Shown: positions 9,565-21,833 of the stretch, piece after piece
How the letters are laid out: the number at the start of each line of letters is the position of its first letter
How positions within the stretch are numbered: the stretch's first letter is position 1
NCBI GenBank assembly: GCA_963663275.1
Contig: OY760183.1
Location: 3,360,001-3,424,000 of the forward strand
DNA length: 64,000 bases
Origin: Chloroflexota bacterium
GTDB taxonomy: Bacteria; Chloroflexota; UBA11872; VXOZ01
Direction of reading: 5' to 3'
Position numbers and translations under genes: made by a program
The notes under the pieces: generated by a model
What the model saw: only the letters and a program-made list of their open reading frames with translations
Database searches by the model: none
Told to the model about the DNA's origin: nothing

Positions 9565-10998
9565 CTACCCGCTGCCTGCATCATCGATAATGGAATTCAA
9601 CTGATCCTGCAACTGATTCAAGCCCTCAGGTACAGTGATCTCATTAGCGAAGATCGGGGTCATGTTGGGATTGACTGCCTCACGGATCATCTGTGTCCAC
9701 GTCACGACATCGTGGGTCGGCAGCGAGATGGTAGCGCGTAGCGAATCCTCCAGCATGGCGCGTGACGCAGGCGGCCCCGCTGCCTCTGTGTTGGTGTAGA
9801 ACGCAATTGCGGAGTCTAGCCGTGCCGGCACCTCGTTGAAGAGTTCCACCACGCGGTCCTGCACCGACTTCGTGATCGAATGCGCCATCCACTTCCACGC
9901 CGCATCCGGATTGTTGGACGCCGCGTTCATGACGGTGCCGCGGAAGTTGCTGTTGTTGCCGGTCTGCCCGGTGTTTGGTGACTTCGCCAGAAACGTCACG
10001 TCCCAATTCAATGCGGGATCTTCGAAGTAGCGGTTGAAGTACCAGTCGCCGGCCGCGTGGATCGAAACCAAGCCCTGGTTCAAGAAGTAGGCGGGGTGGA
10101 TCCTGTTTTCGCCGCGAAGCGCCGTGTACTCGTCCGGCGTCGGCGCGACCCTGTGCTTGTGCACCATATCGACGCAGAACTGCACCGCATCAATCGATTC
10201 CTGCGTGGCAATGACGCACTTCGACCGGTCCTCGCTCAGCACGCTGCCGCCGTTCATCTGGATGAAGTTGCCCCAGCCGGTCTCGATGCCGTGCAGGTGC
10301 CCCTGGCCGAAGCGCGTGATGTTTTCGCCTTCGCGCTGCGTCAGCTTTTCACCGTATTCCTGCATCGCGTTCCAGTCCCAGCCGTCGCCGAGTTCGGCGG
10401 GCGGCGCCAGGCCGGCGGCTACCACGTGGTCCACGTTGTACTGCGTGTTGCTCGTGCTGTAATTCCACGGCGTGCCGGACGCCTTGCCGTCGGTTGAGTA
10501 CCAGTCGACGAATGACGGCAGCGCGGCCCCCAAGTCGTCCGTGGCCTGCTTGTCGCCGGAAACGTACTGGGACAGGTCGGTGGCGACACGACCGCCCGTA
10601 ATCCACGACTTGATGTTCACGCCGTTCATCAGGAAGATGTCGGGGCCGGTCTGCGCGGCAAGCGCCGCCAGCACTTTGTCCCAGTAGCCGGACGGATTCT
10701 CGACCGTCAGATCGACTTCATCCTGCATCTCGTTGTACTCGTTCACCAGCACGTCGAAGCCGGGCACGTAGGTGGAACCCCACTGCCAGAAGAGTACCGC
10801 CTCTGCCCCCGCGGCCGCGGGCGCTTTGGCTTCCTCTTTCGCCGGCGCGTCCGCCTCCCCGGCGTCTCCCGCGTCACCGGACGGTCCAGCCTGCATGCCG
10901 CAGGCCGCCAGCACTATGCCAGCGCCCGACAGCGTCGCTCCACCCAGGAACGTCCGCCGCGAAACGCCATAGAGCCTGCTCTCTTTCGTCTTATCCAT
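9565..10998 (-). CDS. ABC transporter sugar-type solute-binding protein, Tat lipoprotein
   Basis: SRRTFL Tat motif, LAAC lipobox, GPDI, YNVD, W.W..M and AAWKW motifs of SBP family 1. Confidence 0.88.
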   Translation of the reverse strand: MDKTKESRLYGVSRRTFLGGATLSGAGIVLAACGMQAGPSGDAGDAGEADAPAKEEAKAPAAAGAEAVLFWQWGSTYVPGFDVLVNEYNEMQDEVDLTVENPSGYWDKVLAALAAQTGPDIFLMNGVNIKSWITGGRVATDLSQYVSGDKQATDDLGAALPSFVDWYSTDGKASGTPWNYSTSNTQYNVDHVVAAGLAPPAELGDGWDWNAMQEYGEKLTQREGENITRFGQGHLHGIETGWGNFIQMNGGSVLSEDRSKCVIATQESIDAVQFCVDMVHKHRVAPTPDEYTALRGENRIHPAYFLNQGLVSIHAAGDWYFNRYFEDPALNWDVTFLAKSPNTGQTGNNSNFRGTVMNAASNNPDAAWKWMAHSITKSVQDRVVELFNEVPARLDSAIAFYTNTEAAGPPASRAMLEDSLRATISLPTHDVVTWTQMIREAVNPNMTPIFANEITVPEGLNQLQDQLNSIIDDAGSG

Positions 10999-11089
10999 CG
11001 CGAAACCTCCTCGCTGTAGAGAGCGTCACCACTCCGGCTGCGCGCACGCGCAACCGCTGTGTGCAGCATAGCGAGCTTTGCCGTGAGCG

Positions 11090-12244
11090 TCAAGAATCGG
11101 ATATCCGCCTCTCCGCGCCGTACGCCAGGCCGTGAACTAGCTGGCGGTACATCAGCACGGTCTTGGCGGCGATGCGTTCCTGGGTAAACTCGCGCAGCAC
11201 GCGCTGCCGCCCTTGCGCGCCCAGTTGGCGGCGCAGCGCCGGTTCGCGGTTGAGCGCGGCCAGCGCCTTCGCCAGCGCCTCCGCGTCTCCCTCCGGAAAG
11301 GTCATGCCGGCCCGCTCCCCATCGTCGCCGCCCACGATTTCAGGAATCTCCCCGGACTCCGACCCCACCACCGGCACGCCGCACGCCATCGCCTCCACGA
11401 GCGCCCGGCCAAACTGCTCTTTCCAACGCGGCGTGGTGAGCGAGGGCAGGACGCAGACGTCCATTTCCCGGTAGTGCGCCGGCATGTCGCCGCTGGGCGC
11501 GTGGCCGCGAAAGTCCACCCGGTCCTGGATGCCCAGTTGCTCGGCCTGGGCGCGCAGCGCCGGCTCCGCAGCGCCGGTACCGAATAGCTGGACGCGATAC
11601 GGAAAATCCAGGCGCGCGGCGGCGGCGAGCAGCACGTGCACCCCTTTCGCCGGCGTCAAGCGCCCCACGTAGCCGATCCGCAAGACCTCGCCGGGATCCG
11701 CCGCCGGAGCCGGCGCGAAAAGCGCGGCGTCCACGCCAAATTGCGGCAAGACCGCGGAAGGACGCGAATAGCGCTTGCGCCGCAGCACTTCCTGCGCCGC
11801 GCGCGTGCCCGCCTGCGCGGCATTCGACCTGAGCAGGCTGTAGAGTTCGAAGAGGTGGAACGGCAGCGGATAGACCCGGTAGATGTTCTGCCAGGCGAAG
11901 AAGACCGTCTTCGCGCCCACCCGCCGCGCCTGCCAGATCGCGTGGGCGGTGGCCAGATTATAGGGTTCCTCATCCACGTGCACCACGTCGGGCCGCCACT
12001 CCCGCAGATGCCGCCGCAGATTGGGGTAGTAGTGCAGATGGTAGTGGCCGTTGAAGCGCATCTCCTCCGCCGCCAACTCATAGCCCGCGGTATAGCGGCG
12101 TTCCAGTTCTTGGCGGTGTTCGCCCTCTTGCCAGTAATGGGGCGCGATGGCGCGCAGTTCCACGTCCGAAAACTTGGCGATCTCTTCCAGCTTGCGCTGG
12201 TACGCGCCCACCACCAGCGCCTTGGAGAGGTAGAGCACGCGCAT
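11090..12244 (-). CDS. Glycosyltransferase family 4
   Basis: GYVGRLTPAKG, EQFGRALVEAMACG; start MRVLYLSK abuts the upstream stop. Confidence 0.93.
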   Translation of the reverse strand: MRVLYLSKALVVGAYQRKLEEIAKFSDVELRAIAPHYWQEGEHRQELERRYTAGYELAAEEMRFNGHYHLHYYPNLRRHLREWRPDVVHVDEEPYNLATAHAIWQARRVGAKTVFFAWQNIYRVYPLPFHLFELYSLLRSNAAQAGTRAAQEVLRRKRYSRPSAVLPQFGVDAALFAPAPAADPGEVLRIGYVGRLTPAKGVHVLLAAAARLDFPYRVQLFGTGAAEPALRAQAEQLGIQDRVDFRGHAPSGDMPAHYREMDVCVLPSLTTPRWKEQFGRALVEAMACGVPVVGSESGEIPEIVGGDDGERAGMTFPEGDAEALAKALAALNREPALRRQLGAQGRQRVLREFTQERIAAKTVLMYRQLVHGLAYGAERRISDS

Positions 12245-13374
12245 CACCGCACCTGCTTGTAGACGGCCGCCGTCTCCGCGGCCGTGCGTTCCCACGAAAA
12301 GGTCCGCGCCTGCGCCAGCGCCCGCGCGGCGTACTCCCGCCGCTCCGCTGCGGACTCCCACAGGCGGCCGATCGCTTCCGCCCAGGCGGGCGCGTCGTCG
12401 GGCGCGGCCAGGATGCCGCCCGCGCCCACCACCTCCGGCAGGGACGTGGCGTCGCTGCACACCACCGGCGTGCCGCAGGCCATGGCTTCCAACGGATCCA
12501 GGCCGAAACCTTCGTAGAGCGAGGGAAAGACGAAGAGCGTCGCGGCGCGGTACAGCAGCGGCTTGTCCGCTTCGGGAATGCCGCCCAGGAAGCGCACCCG
12601 CTCACCCACGCCCAACGCGGTCGCCTGGCCCACCCAATCGGGAAAGAGCGCCGCTTTGCCGTGGCGCGTGCGGCCCGCCACCACCAGCGTCACCTCTTGC
12701 GGCAGCAAGGTCAGCGCCGTGAAGAGCGTCCCCAGATTCTTGCGCGCGTCCAGGCCGCCCAGGTAGAAGAGAAAACGCTCCGGCAGCGCGTAGCGCCGCC
12801 GCGCGGCCTTCACGTCCTCAGCGGGGATGTCCGGCGAAAAGCGCCCGTCCGCCGCCAGCGGCGCCACGCGCACGTTATCCGCGTCCACGTCCAGGTGCGT
12901 GATGACGTCGCGCCTGGCGGCCTCGGAATCGGTGATGATCGCGTCCGCCTTGGTCGCCGCCGCCATCGCCAGGCTGGTGTAGAGCCGCGCCAGCGGATTG
13001 CCCCGGTAGGCCGGCAGCGTCACCGGGATCAGATCGTGAATCGTGGCGACCAGCGGAAAGGGATGCGCGAGCGGCGGCCCGAAATACGGCACGTGCCCCA
13101 CCGCGTCCTCGCCCAACGCGGCGGCCTGGCGCGGCCACGTCACCTGCTCCCACCACACTTTCGCCAGATTGCCGCCGCCCAATGCGCCCCACAGCGGCGG
13201 GCGCGCGTGGATGCCGCCAACCGGACGCATGGTGTTGCGCGTGAAATAGGGCACCCGCGCGGAGAGCGCCAGGTCCGGATTGTGCTTCTCCAGCGCCCGC
13301 AGCAGGTGATAGACGTATTGCCCACTGCCGGTGTGGTGCACGTTGAGGAAGTACCCGTTTACAGCAATGTCCAT
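12244..13374 (-). CDS. Glycosyltransferase family 4 (mannosyltransferase-like)
   Basis: [33 protein letters not shown]. Confidence 0.93.
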   Translation of the reverse strand: MDIAVNGYFLNVHHTGSGQYVYHLLRALEKHNPDLALSARVPYFTRNTMRPVGGIHARPPLWGALGGGNLAKVWWEQVTWPRQAAALGEDAVGHVPYFGPPLAHPFPLVATIHDLIPVTLPAYRGNPLARLYTSLAMAAATKADAIITDSEAARRDVITHLDVDADNVRVAPLAADGRFSPDIPAEDVKAARRRYALPERFLFYLGGLDARKNLGTLFTALTLLPQEVTLVVAGRTRHGKAALFPDWVGQATALGVGERVRFLGGIPEADKPLLYRAATLFVFPSLYEGFGLDPLEAMACGTPVVCSDATSLPEVVGAGGILAAPDDAPAWAEAIGRLWESAAERREYAARALAQARTFSWERTAAETAAVYKQVR

Positions 13375-13385
13375 AAGCGCGCAGG

Positions 13386-15107
13386 CTACTTCTCGAGGGC
13401 TTGCAACGCCAGATACGCCGGGCGCGGCCACAGATTCGCGTCCAACAGCGAGAAGGAGTACGTGCTGTCCGTCGGCTCGATGCGGTTGGCGAAGTTCAGG
13501 TTGAACACCACCATGCCCTGCACGTACGGATACCGCTCCTTCAAGAGTTGATAGGCCTCCACCAGATACCGCGCCTGGTCCTGCTCGGAGATGTCCGCGC
13601 CAAAGGCGAATTCCGGGTGGAGGTTGTGGGTCGTCCAGCCCATCTCGGTGAGCCAGACGCCCTTGCCGGTGTCGCCGTGCTTTCGCAGCACTTCCCAGTG
13701 CTGCTCGAATCGGCGGAAGAAGAACGACCAGTGGTCCTTGAACGAGGTACTCGACGACGTATAGTTGTCCGGCGTGTCGTTCGGCGCGTTGTTGTAGCCG
13801 TAGGGGTGCACGCCCAGCCCGTCGAAGTAGTCCCGGATCATGCCGTCGCGGTAGCGGTACATAGCGTCCAGGTAGCGCACGTCGTCCATGGCCACGCCCT
13901 CGATGTTGACTCCGGTTGACGCCAGGCCGCCGGTGACGACCAACGCGCTGGGATTGCCCCGCTTCACACCGCGATAGCCGGCGGCCAAAAGCTCCACGAA
14001 CTCTCCCGGCGCTACTTTGCCGTCCCAATTGCCGGCCAGGTTTGGCTCATTCCAAAGCTCGTACGCCTGCACCGTGTCGCCGTAACGCGCCGCCAGCAGC
14101 GCCATGAAGTTCTCGAAGTCGCTCAACTGGGCCGGCGGACCGTTGTGGTAGCGGGCGAATTGCTTCCATGAATCCCGGTACGAGCCGGCGATCTGTTGCC
14201 CCGGCGGCACGCCGCTCTGATCGTCCGCGGGCCGCACGCGGCGCATCCACAACGGCGCGGCGTAGATGCCCAGCATCACCTCCAGGCCGTGCCGGTTTGC
14301 CGCCGCCACGATGCGGTCCACCTGTCCCCAGGTATACTCGCCGGGCGCGATCTCCACCGCCTTCCACTCCACCTGCTGCTTGATGCCCGTAAATCCGGCC
14401 GCCTTTGCCAGGTAGAGCACACGCTCCAGCTTGGGATCGTAGAAGAGCGAGACCTGCGTGAAGAGCTTGAGGCCGCCCGCCGGTTGGCCCGGCGCCGGCT
14501 GCTGCCCCGCCTCGCCGCGCAACGCCAGAAACGTCCGTCCCAACGGGGCCAGGACTACCGCCCCGGGCGTGCCGGCCCGGCCTGGATCGTAGCGCAATAC
14601 CGCCCGCTCGAAGTACTGCACCGGATGACGCCACTGGTCGTCGGCCGGCAACTCGCCGGAAATCGGCAGCCCAAACGTCCGCGCGCCGCCGTGCGCCAGG
14701 AAGAATTGCAGAAACGCATGGCGCACCGTGTGTCCGGTTTCGGGAAAGTGTCGCTGCGCCGAGGTCTGCGCTACCGCCTCTTCCGTGCCGAAGAAGCGCC
14801 AGTGCGGATACAGCAGCCGGCCCAGCGGGCTGAGGCGCGCCTGCCCGCGCTCCGGCCACCACTCCAGCCGCGCGTTCTCGAAGTACTGGACGACCAGGCC
14901 GTCTTCCTGCAACTCGCCGGTCAACGGCGCTCCCAGCACCGCCGCGCCGCCCAGCCGCTCGTAATGCCGGCGCATCGCGCCTTGCACGCCCGGATCGGTG
15001 GCGGACTTCGCCTCGTCGCTTGCCATGAGCGGCGTCGGCAAGAGCACGAGACAGCAGAGCGCGAGCAGCGCCCGCGCCTGCCAACGCCGTATGCCAACTC
15101 TGCTCAT
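13386..15107 (-). CDS. Secreted clan GH-A glycoside hydrolase (GH5/GH39-like) with Chloroflexota-type N-terminal FPETGH/VQYFE surface domain
   Basis: Signal peptide; VQYFENAR, FPETGH, FGLPIS, VQYFER; WNEPN acid/base, VHPY, WLTEMGW nucleophile. Confidence 0.82.
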   Translation of the reverse strand: MSRVGIRRWQARALLALCCLVLLPTPLMASDEAKSATDPGVQGAMRRHYERLGGAAVLGAPLTGELQEDGLVVQYFENARLEWWPERGQARLSPLGRLLYPHWRFFGTEEAVAQTSAQRHFPETGHTVRHAFLQFFLAHGGARTFGLPISGELPADDQWRHPVQYFERAVLRYDPGRAGTPGAVVLAPLGRTFLALRGEAGQQPAPGQPAGGLKLFTQVSLFYDPKLERVLYLAKAAGFTGIKQQVEWKAVEIAPGEYTWGQVDRIVAAANRHGLEVMLGIYAAPLWMRRVRPADDQSGVPPGQQIAGSYRDSWKQFARYHNGPPAQLSDFENFMALLAARYGDTVQAYELWNEPNLAGNWDGKVAPGEFVELLAAGYRGVKRGNPSALVVTGGLASTGVNIEGVAMDDVRYLDAMYRYRDGMIRDYFDGLGVHPYGYNNAPNDTPDNYTSSSTSFKDHWSFFFRRFEQHWEVLRKHGDTGKGVWLTEMGWTTHNLHPEFAFGADISEQDQARYLVEAYQLLKERYPYVQGMVVFNLNFANRIEPTDSTYSFSLLDANLWPRPAYLALQALEK

Positions 15108-15310
15108 CGTGCTGCGGCTATCTCCTCATAGACGACCCGGCGGGGGTTAATCGGGGCGCGCCGAAAGACCGTGCGCTTGGGCTCAGTATAGCAGATAGAC
15201 ACGGCGCTCCACGCCGCCATTACACCCGGGCCAACCCCACAAGCGCCGCGCGCCCGGGGCTCGGTTGGCGCCGCTCAGTGGAGGGAGCGCCGGATGGGCC
15301 GCCACCGCCC

Positions 15311-16468
15311 CTAGAACTCGCCCCCGGCCACCCGCGCCAAATGCGCGCGCAACTCGTCCGCCGCCCGCTCCCAGCTAAAGTGAGCGGCGCGTTCCCTGCC
15401 CGCGCCAGCCAGTTGACCCCGCCGGCGCTCGTCGCTTGCGAGCGTCACCAGCGCCTGGCCGATGGCGGTTTCGTCCGTAGGGTCAACCAGGATTGCCGCG
15501 TCCCCGGCCACCTCCGGCAGCGACGAGGTGTTTCCCGTAATCACCGGCGTCCCGCAGGCCATGGCTTCCAGCACGGGCAGCCCAAATCCTTCGTAGAGGC
15601 TGGGAAAGACGAAGGCCGTCGCGCCGCTGTAGAGCACCGCCAGGTCTTCATCGGCCTCGACGTCACTCAGGAAGCGCACCCGCTCGGCAACATCGTATTC
15701 CCGTGGGGCGTCCAGAATCCGCTCGTAGAGCCAGCCCGGCCGTCCCACGTGCACAAGCCGGTGCGGCAGACCGGCGGCAACCACGGCGCGCATGGCCGCG
15801 ATCATGCGGTCGATGTTCTTGCGCGGCTGTATCGTCCCCACCGAGAGGAAATATGGGTACGCGATGCCGCAGCGCCGCAACACCGCCGCCCGCGCCGCGC
15901 CCGCCGCTACCGGTTGAAAGACCGGATCGACGCCGCTGTAGAGCACGCTGATCTTGGCCGCGTCCACGCCGTACGTTGCCGCCAGGTCCCGTTGCGTGGA
16001 GGCGGAGTCCGCCAGGACCAACCGCGCCCGCGCCGCGCTGCGCGGCACCACGCGCTCCAAGTACGCGCGCAAGGACGCCGGGTAGGACTCCGGAAAGAAA
16101 CGGTACGAGAGATCGTGGACGGTGATGACCCCCGGCGCGCGCCGCAGCGGCGGCAGGGCAAAATCCGGCGCGTAGAAGACGTCCGCGCCGCCCGCCAAGA
16201 GATCGGCAAAGAGCGGCAGCCGCAAACGCTGCCAGAGGCGCGTCAGCGTGCGTTCGGAGAATGGCAGAGTCCGCAGCGTTACGTTGGATTGCTCCAGCAG
16301 GCGGAGCGGCGTTGTTGAAGCAGCCAACGCCCGCGCCGCGTCGCGCGGCGCCAGCAGCACGAACCGGTCGGACGGAAACTGCGCGGCCAGCGCGCCCACC
16401 AGCGAGCGCGTATAGCGGCCGATGCCGGCCGGTTGCGCCGCCGCCGTGAAGTCGATGCCTATTTTCAT
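15311..16468 (-). CDS. Glycosyltransferase family 4
   Basis: [38 protein letters not shown]. Confidence 0.93.
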   Translation of the reverse strand: MKIGIDFTAAAQPAGIGRYTRSLVGALAAQFPSDRFVLLAPRDAARALAASTTPLRLLEQSNVTLRTLPFSERTLTRLWQRLRLPLFADLLAGGADVFYAPDFALPPLRRAPGVITVHDLSYRFFPESYPASLRAYLERVVPRSAARARLVLADSASTQRDLAATYGVDAAKISVLYSGVDPVFQPVAAGAARAAVLRRCGIAYPYFLSVGTIQPRKNIDRMIAAMRAVVAAGLPHRLVHVGRPGWLYERILDAPREYDVAERVRFLSDVEADEDLAVLYSGATAFVFPSLYEGFGLPVLEAMACGTPVITGNTSSLPEVAGDAAILVDPTDETAIGQALVTLASDERRRGQLAGAGRERAAHFSWERAADELRAHLARVAGGEF

Positions 16469-16472
16469 GCCG

Positions 16473-17501
16473 CTAGAGGCGCAAGCGCGCGTGGGTGAAG
16501 TAGTAGACACCGCCGCCGAGCAAGACGAGCCAGTAGCTGATGAGCCGGTCGAGCAGCGCCACCGCCGCGGCCACGTCCACCGGCACGTCCAGCAGCAACA
16601 TCAGGCCCACCATGCCCCCTTCCACCGCGCCCAGGCCGCCGGGCGTGGGCACAGCCAGCAGCAGCGCGCTGGCGGCAAAGACGAACAGCAGTTGCGGCAG
16701 CGCCAGCGGCACGCCCACGGCGTTTGCCACCAGGTAGAAGCGCCCGGCTTCGGCGGTCCATACCAGCGCCGTGAGCAGAACCATGACGTGCAACGGCCGC
16801 GCCGAAGTAAAGACGCCTCGCTTGAAATTCTGGAAGCGCGCTTCCAGCTTCTGCCGCCTGCGCCGCAGCAGCGGCAACCGCGCCAGCAGGCTGCCGTCCA
16901 GCCGCCGGAAGAACAGCAAGCCGCCGGCCAGGAGCGCCGCCAGGACGCCGGCGCTGAGCAGCGCGCCTTGCATCTCGTTCAACAACTCGCCCCGGGCGAA
17001 GAAGAGCGCGGCGGCGGCGGCGAGCAAGAGCACCGCGAAAAGATCCACCACGCGCTCCGCCAGCACGCTGCCGGTGGTCAGCGCAAAGGAGATGCCCTCC
17101 CGGCGGCGCAAGATGAACCCGCGATACAGATCCCCCATCTTGGCGGGAATCAGATGGCTGATGAACCAGGAGAGGAAGATCGCTTCACCCAGCGCCCGCA
17201 ACGGCACGTCGTGCCCCAGGTTGCGCAGCATCCTCTGCCAGCGCGCCGCCCGAGGCAGCAGCGTGGTGAAGTACACCGCCAACGCCAGCGCGTAGAGGCG
17301 CGGGTCCACGTGGCGTATCTCCGACCAGATACCGCGCCAGTCCAAGCCCGTCATGCGCCACAACGCGATCAAGAGCGCCGCCGCGATGAGAAACGAGAAC
17401 AGTGTGCGCAGACTCAGGAAGCGCCGCCCAACCGACGGCGGCGCGTCAGCCGCCGCGCCGGGCGGTTCAACCGGGGAAGAAGCTGTGGACTCGATGGCGA
17501 T
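16473..17501 (-). CDS. Lysylphosphatidylglycerol synthase TM / UPF0104 flippase-like membrane protein; start uncertain (ATC at 17501 or 17495, or TTG at 17372)
   Basis: RAARW, PAKMGD.YR, ERVVD, PTPGGLGAVE, DRLISYW; frame stays open upstream of 17372 through an extra hydrophobic helix. Confidence 0.85.
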   Translation of the reverse strand: MAIESTASSPVEPPGAAADAPPSVGRRFLSLRTLFSFLIAAALLIALWRMTGLDWRGIWSEIRHVDPRLYALALAVYFTTLLPRAARWQRMLRNLGHDVPLRALGEAIFLSWFISHLIPAKMGDLYRGFILRRREGISFALTTGSVLAERVVDLFAVLLLAAAAALFFARGELLNEMQGALLSAGVLAALLAGGLLFFRRLDGSLLARLPLLRRRRQKLEARFQNFKRGVFTSARPLHVMVLLTALVWTAEAGRFYLVANAVGVPLALPQLLFVFAASALLLAVPTPGGLGAVEGGMVGLMLLLDVPVDVAAAVALLDRLISYWLVLLGGGVYYFTHARLRL

Positions 17502-17602
17502 AGCCCTCGTCTCGTGCTGGGGTTTACCTGATTATCATACCCAATGCCTCCCGCTTACCGCTAACCGCAACGCCGCGGCGGCAAAGCTCCGCGTACAATC
17601 CG

Positions 17603-17903
17603 ACCCCCTCTCCCCGTTGACAGGGGTATGTAAGTGTCATTCCGAGCGGAGCGTCGAACAGGGTTCGCGGAATCTAGAATCGACCGTTTTGCAGCGAAAG
17701 CCTTAGATTCCGCGCTCTTAGCGACTCTCCGCTGCGCTCCGTTCGGAATGACACGTGAATTCGGACATTAGGAAACATACCCCTATCAGCCGGGGAAAGT
17801 GCCGGGGTGAGGGAAAACCGCCTGAAACCCACCCTCCGCCCACCAACTGGCACGCGCGCGCTCTGACCCCCTCTCCCCGGGGAGAGGGCCGGGGTGAGGG
17901 GAA
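17603..17903. repeat. REP cluster containing a family-2 miniature element (about 17616-17791)
   Basis: TTGACAGGGGTATG...CATACCCCTATCAGC ends around an inverted pair of GTCATTCCGAGCGGAGC REPs, placed between the two halves of a CCCTCTCCCC/GGGG REP. Confidence 0.7.
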
Positions 17904-18065
17904 ATTACCGAGAACCCACGCTCCCACACAATCTCCACCAGTAGTCACGCGCCCCTACCGCCTGGCTCCCCCCTAGAGCGCGCGCATTCGAGAACGGGTA
18001 TCCTAAGGAGACAGTGACCGACGCCAGACTCTCAATGGCAAACTAAACGCAAGGAGCGCAAAACC

Positions 18066-19103
18066 ATGGAACTCTTGAAGCGACTGTGCGAGACCCCGGG
18101 CATTGCCAGCCGGGAGGAGCCGATCCGCGGCGTCATCCGGGCGGAACTGGAGCCGCTGGCGACCGACGTGCGCGTGGACGCCCTGGGCAACCTGATCGCC
18201 TACCGCAAAGGGCAGGGCGGGCCGAAAGTCATGATTGCCGCCCACATGGACCAGATCGGCTTCATGGCGCGGCACGTCGATGACGAGGGCTTCATTCGCC
18301 TCCAGCCCGTGGGCGGTTTCGACCCCCGCACGCTGGTGGCGCAGCGCGTGCGCGTGCACGGCCAGGAGGAACTCTCCGGCGTGCTCATGCCGGCCACCAA
18401 ACCCACGCACCTGCTGGACGATTCCGAGCGCGGCAAGGCCCTGAAGCTGGATGACCTCTTCGTGGACGTGGGGCTGTCCGGCGAGCGCGCCAAGGAGCTT
18501 GTGCCCCTGGGCACGCCAATTACGTTCGACCGCACGTGCAACGACCTGGGCGACGTGATGGTCGGCCCCGCCATGGACGACCGCGTGAGCGTTTACGTCA
18601 TGCTGGAGGCCGTGCGCGGGCTGGGCGAGCACGCGGCCGAGGTCTACGCCGTGGCCTCCTCGCAGGAAGAGGTGGGGCTGCGCGGCGCGACGGTGGCGGC
18701 ATTTGGCGTGGAACCCGACCTGGGCCTGGCGCTAGACTCGACCCTGGCGGTGGACATACCCGGCGGCACGGAAGCGGATCGGGTCTCGAAACTCGGCGAC
18801 GGCACGGCGATCAAGATCATGGATTCGTCCCTGATCTGCGACCCGCGCCTGGTGGCCCACTGCCGCGCCGTCTGCGACCAGGAGGACATCCCCTACCAGA
18901 TGGAAATCCTGCCGCGCGGCGGCACCGACGGCGGCGCGATCCAACGCACCCGCGACGGCGTGCCCGCCATCACGCTCTCCACGCCCACGCGCTACGTGCA
19001 CACGGTCAACGAAATGGTGCACAAGCGCGACGTGGCGGCTACCGTAAACCTGGTGCGCCGCTTCATCGAAACCGCCCACGAGATCGATCTGACCTGGGAT
19101 TAA
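18066..19103 (+). CDS. M42 family metallo-aminopeptidase
   Basis: AAHMD, MDDR, QEEVGLRGA, GGTD, RYVH metal-ligand motifs; RBS AAGGAG. Confidence 0.95.
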   Translation: MELLKRLCETPGIASREEPIRGVIRAELEPLATDVRVDALGNLIAYRKGQGGPKVMIAAHMDQIGFMARHVDDEGFIRLQPVGGFDPRTLVAQRVRVHGQEELSGVLMPATKPTHLLDDSERGKALKLDDLFVDVGLSGERAKELVPLGTPITFDRTCNDLGDVMVGPAMDDRVSVYVMLEAVRGLGEHAAEVYAVASSQEEVGLRGATVAAFGVEPDLGLALDSTLAVDIPGGTEADRVSKLGDGTAIKIMDSSLICDPRLVAHCRAVCDQEDIPYQMEILPRGGTDGGAIQRTRDGVPAITLSTPTRYVHTVNEMVHKRDVAATVNLVRRFIETAHEIDLTWD

Positions 19104-19116
19104 GAGGTGGGTTCAA

Positions 19117-19211
19117 AGCCAGTAGCCAAAAGCCAGTAGCCGGTAGCTAGTAGTCAGTAGCCGCTACCTAGAAATCAGTAGCCGGTAGCCGCTGACCAGT
19201 AGCCGGTAGCC
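19117..19211. repeat. Degenerate heptamer tandem repeat (CAGTAGC/CGGTAGC)
   Basis: About ten or more imperfect 7-bp units immediately after the M42 gene. Confidence 0.7.
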
Positions 19212-19565
19212 GTTCGCCCTGAGCCTGTCGAAGGGTGAACGGCTGCCGGCTTTTCAAGTCCAAGCTGAACGGATTTTGGCGCCGCTAACGAAATGCCAAT
19301 GCTCCCCGTTCATAGCGGCCCGAGTTCGCGGCGACCGTTGCCTGGCCAAAGTCAACGCCCCCCTCTTGCCCGCTGGCAGGGGTAGGCATCTACATCCGGT
19401 TACGCCTGTCATTCCGAGCGGAGCGCAGCGGAGAGTCGCTAAGAGCGCGGAATCTAAGGCTTCCCCTGCAAGAATATCTCTTCTAGATTCCTCGCTGCGC
19501 TCGGAATGACATTCCCATCCTCTTATCCCCTCTCCCTGGGGGGAGAGGGTTAGGGTGAGGGGGGC
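19210..19565. repeat. REP cluster with a one-ended family-2 element
   Basis: GTTCGCCCTGAGCCTGTCGAAGGG; GCTGGCAGGGGTAGGCA at 19372; GTCATTCCGAGC..GCTCGGAATGAC doublet; CCCCTCTCCCT..GGGAGAGGG. Confidence 0.72.
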
Positions 19566-19568
19566 AGG

Positions 19569-21677
<2,109 letters not shown>

Positions 21678-21833
21678 TGTCCTTCACCTACCTGAATTGC
21701 TGCAAGCGCACCTATACTACACTATGCACGCTGGCAAGAGAAAAGAAAACTGCCGCGAAAAGGATGGGAGATGCCGCGCCGCCCGGCGGGCGGGCCGCTC
21801 AGTGCGCTCCGGCGAGCACAACCCAGGACTACC

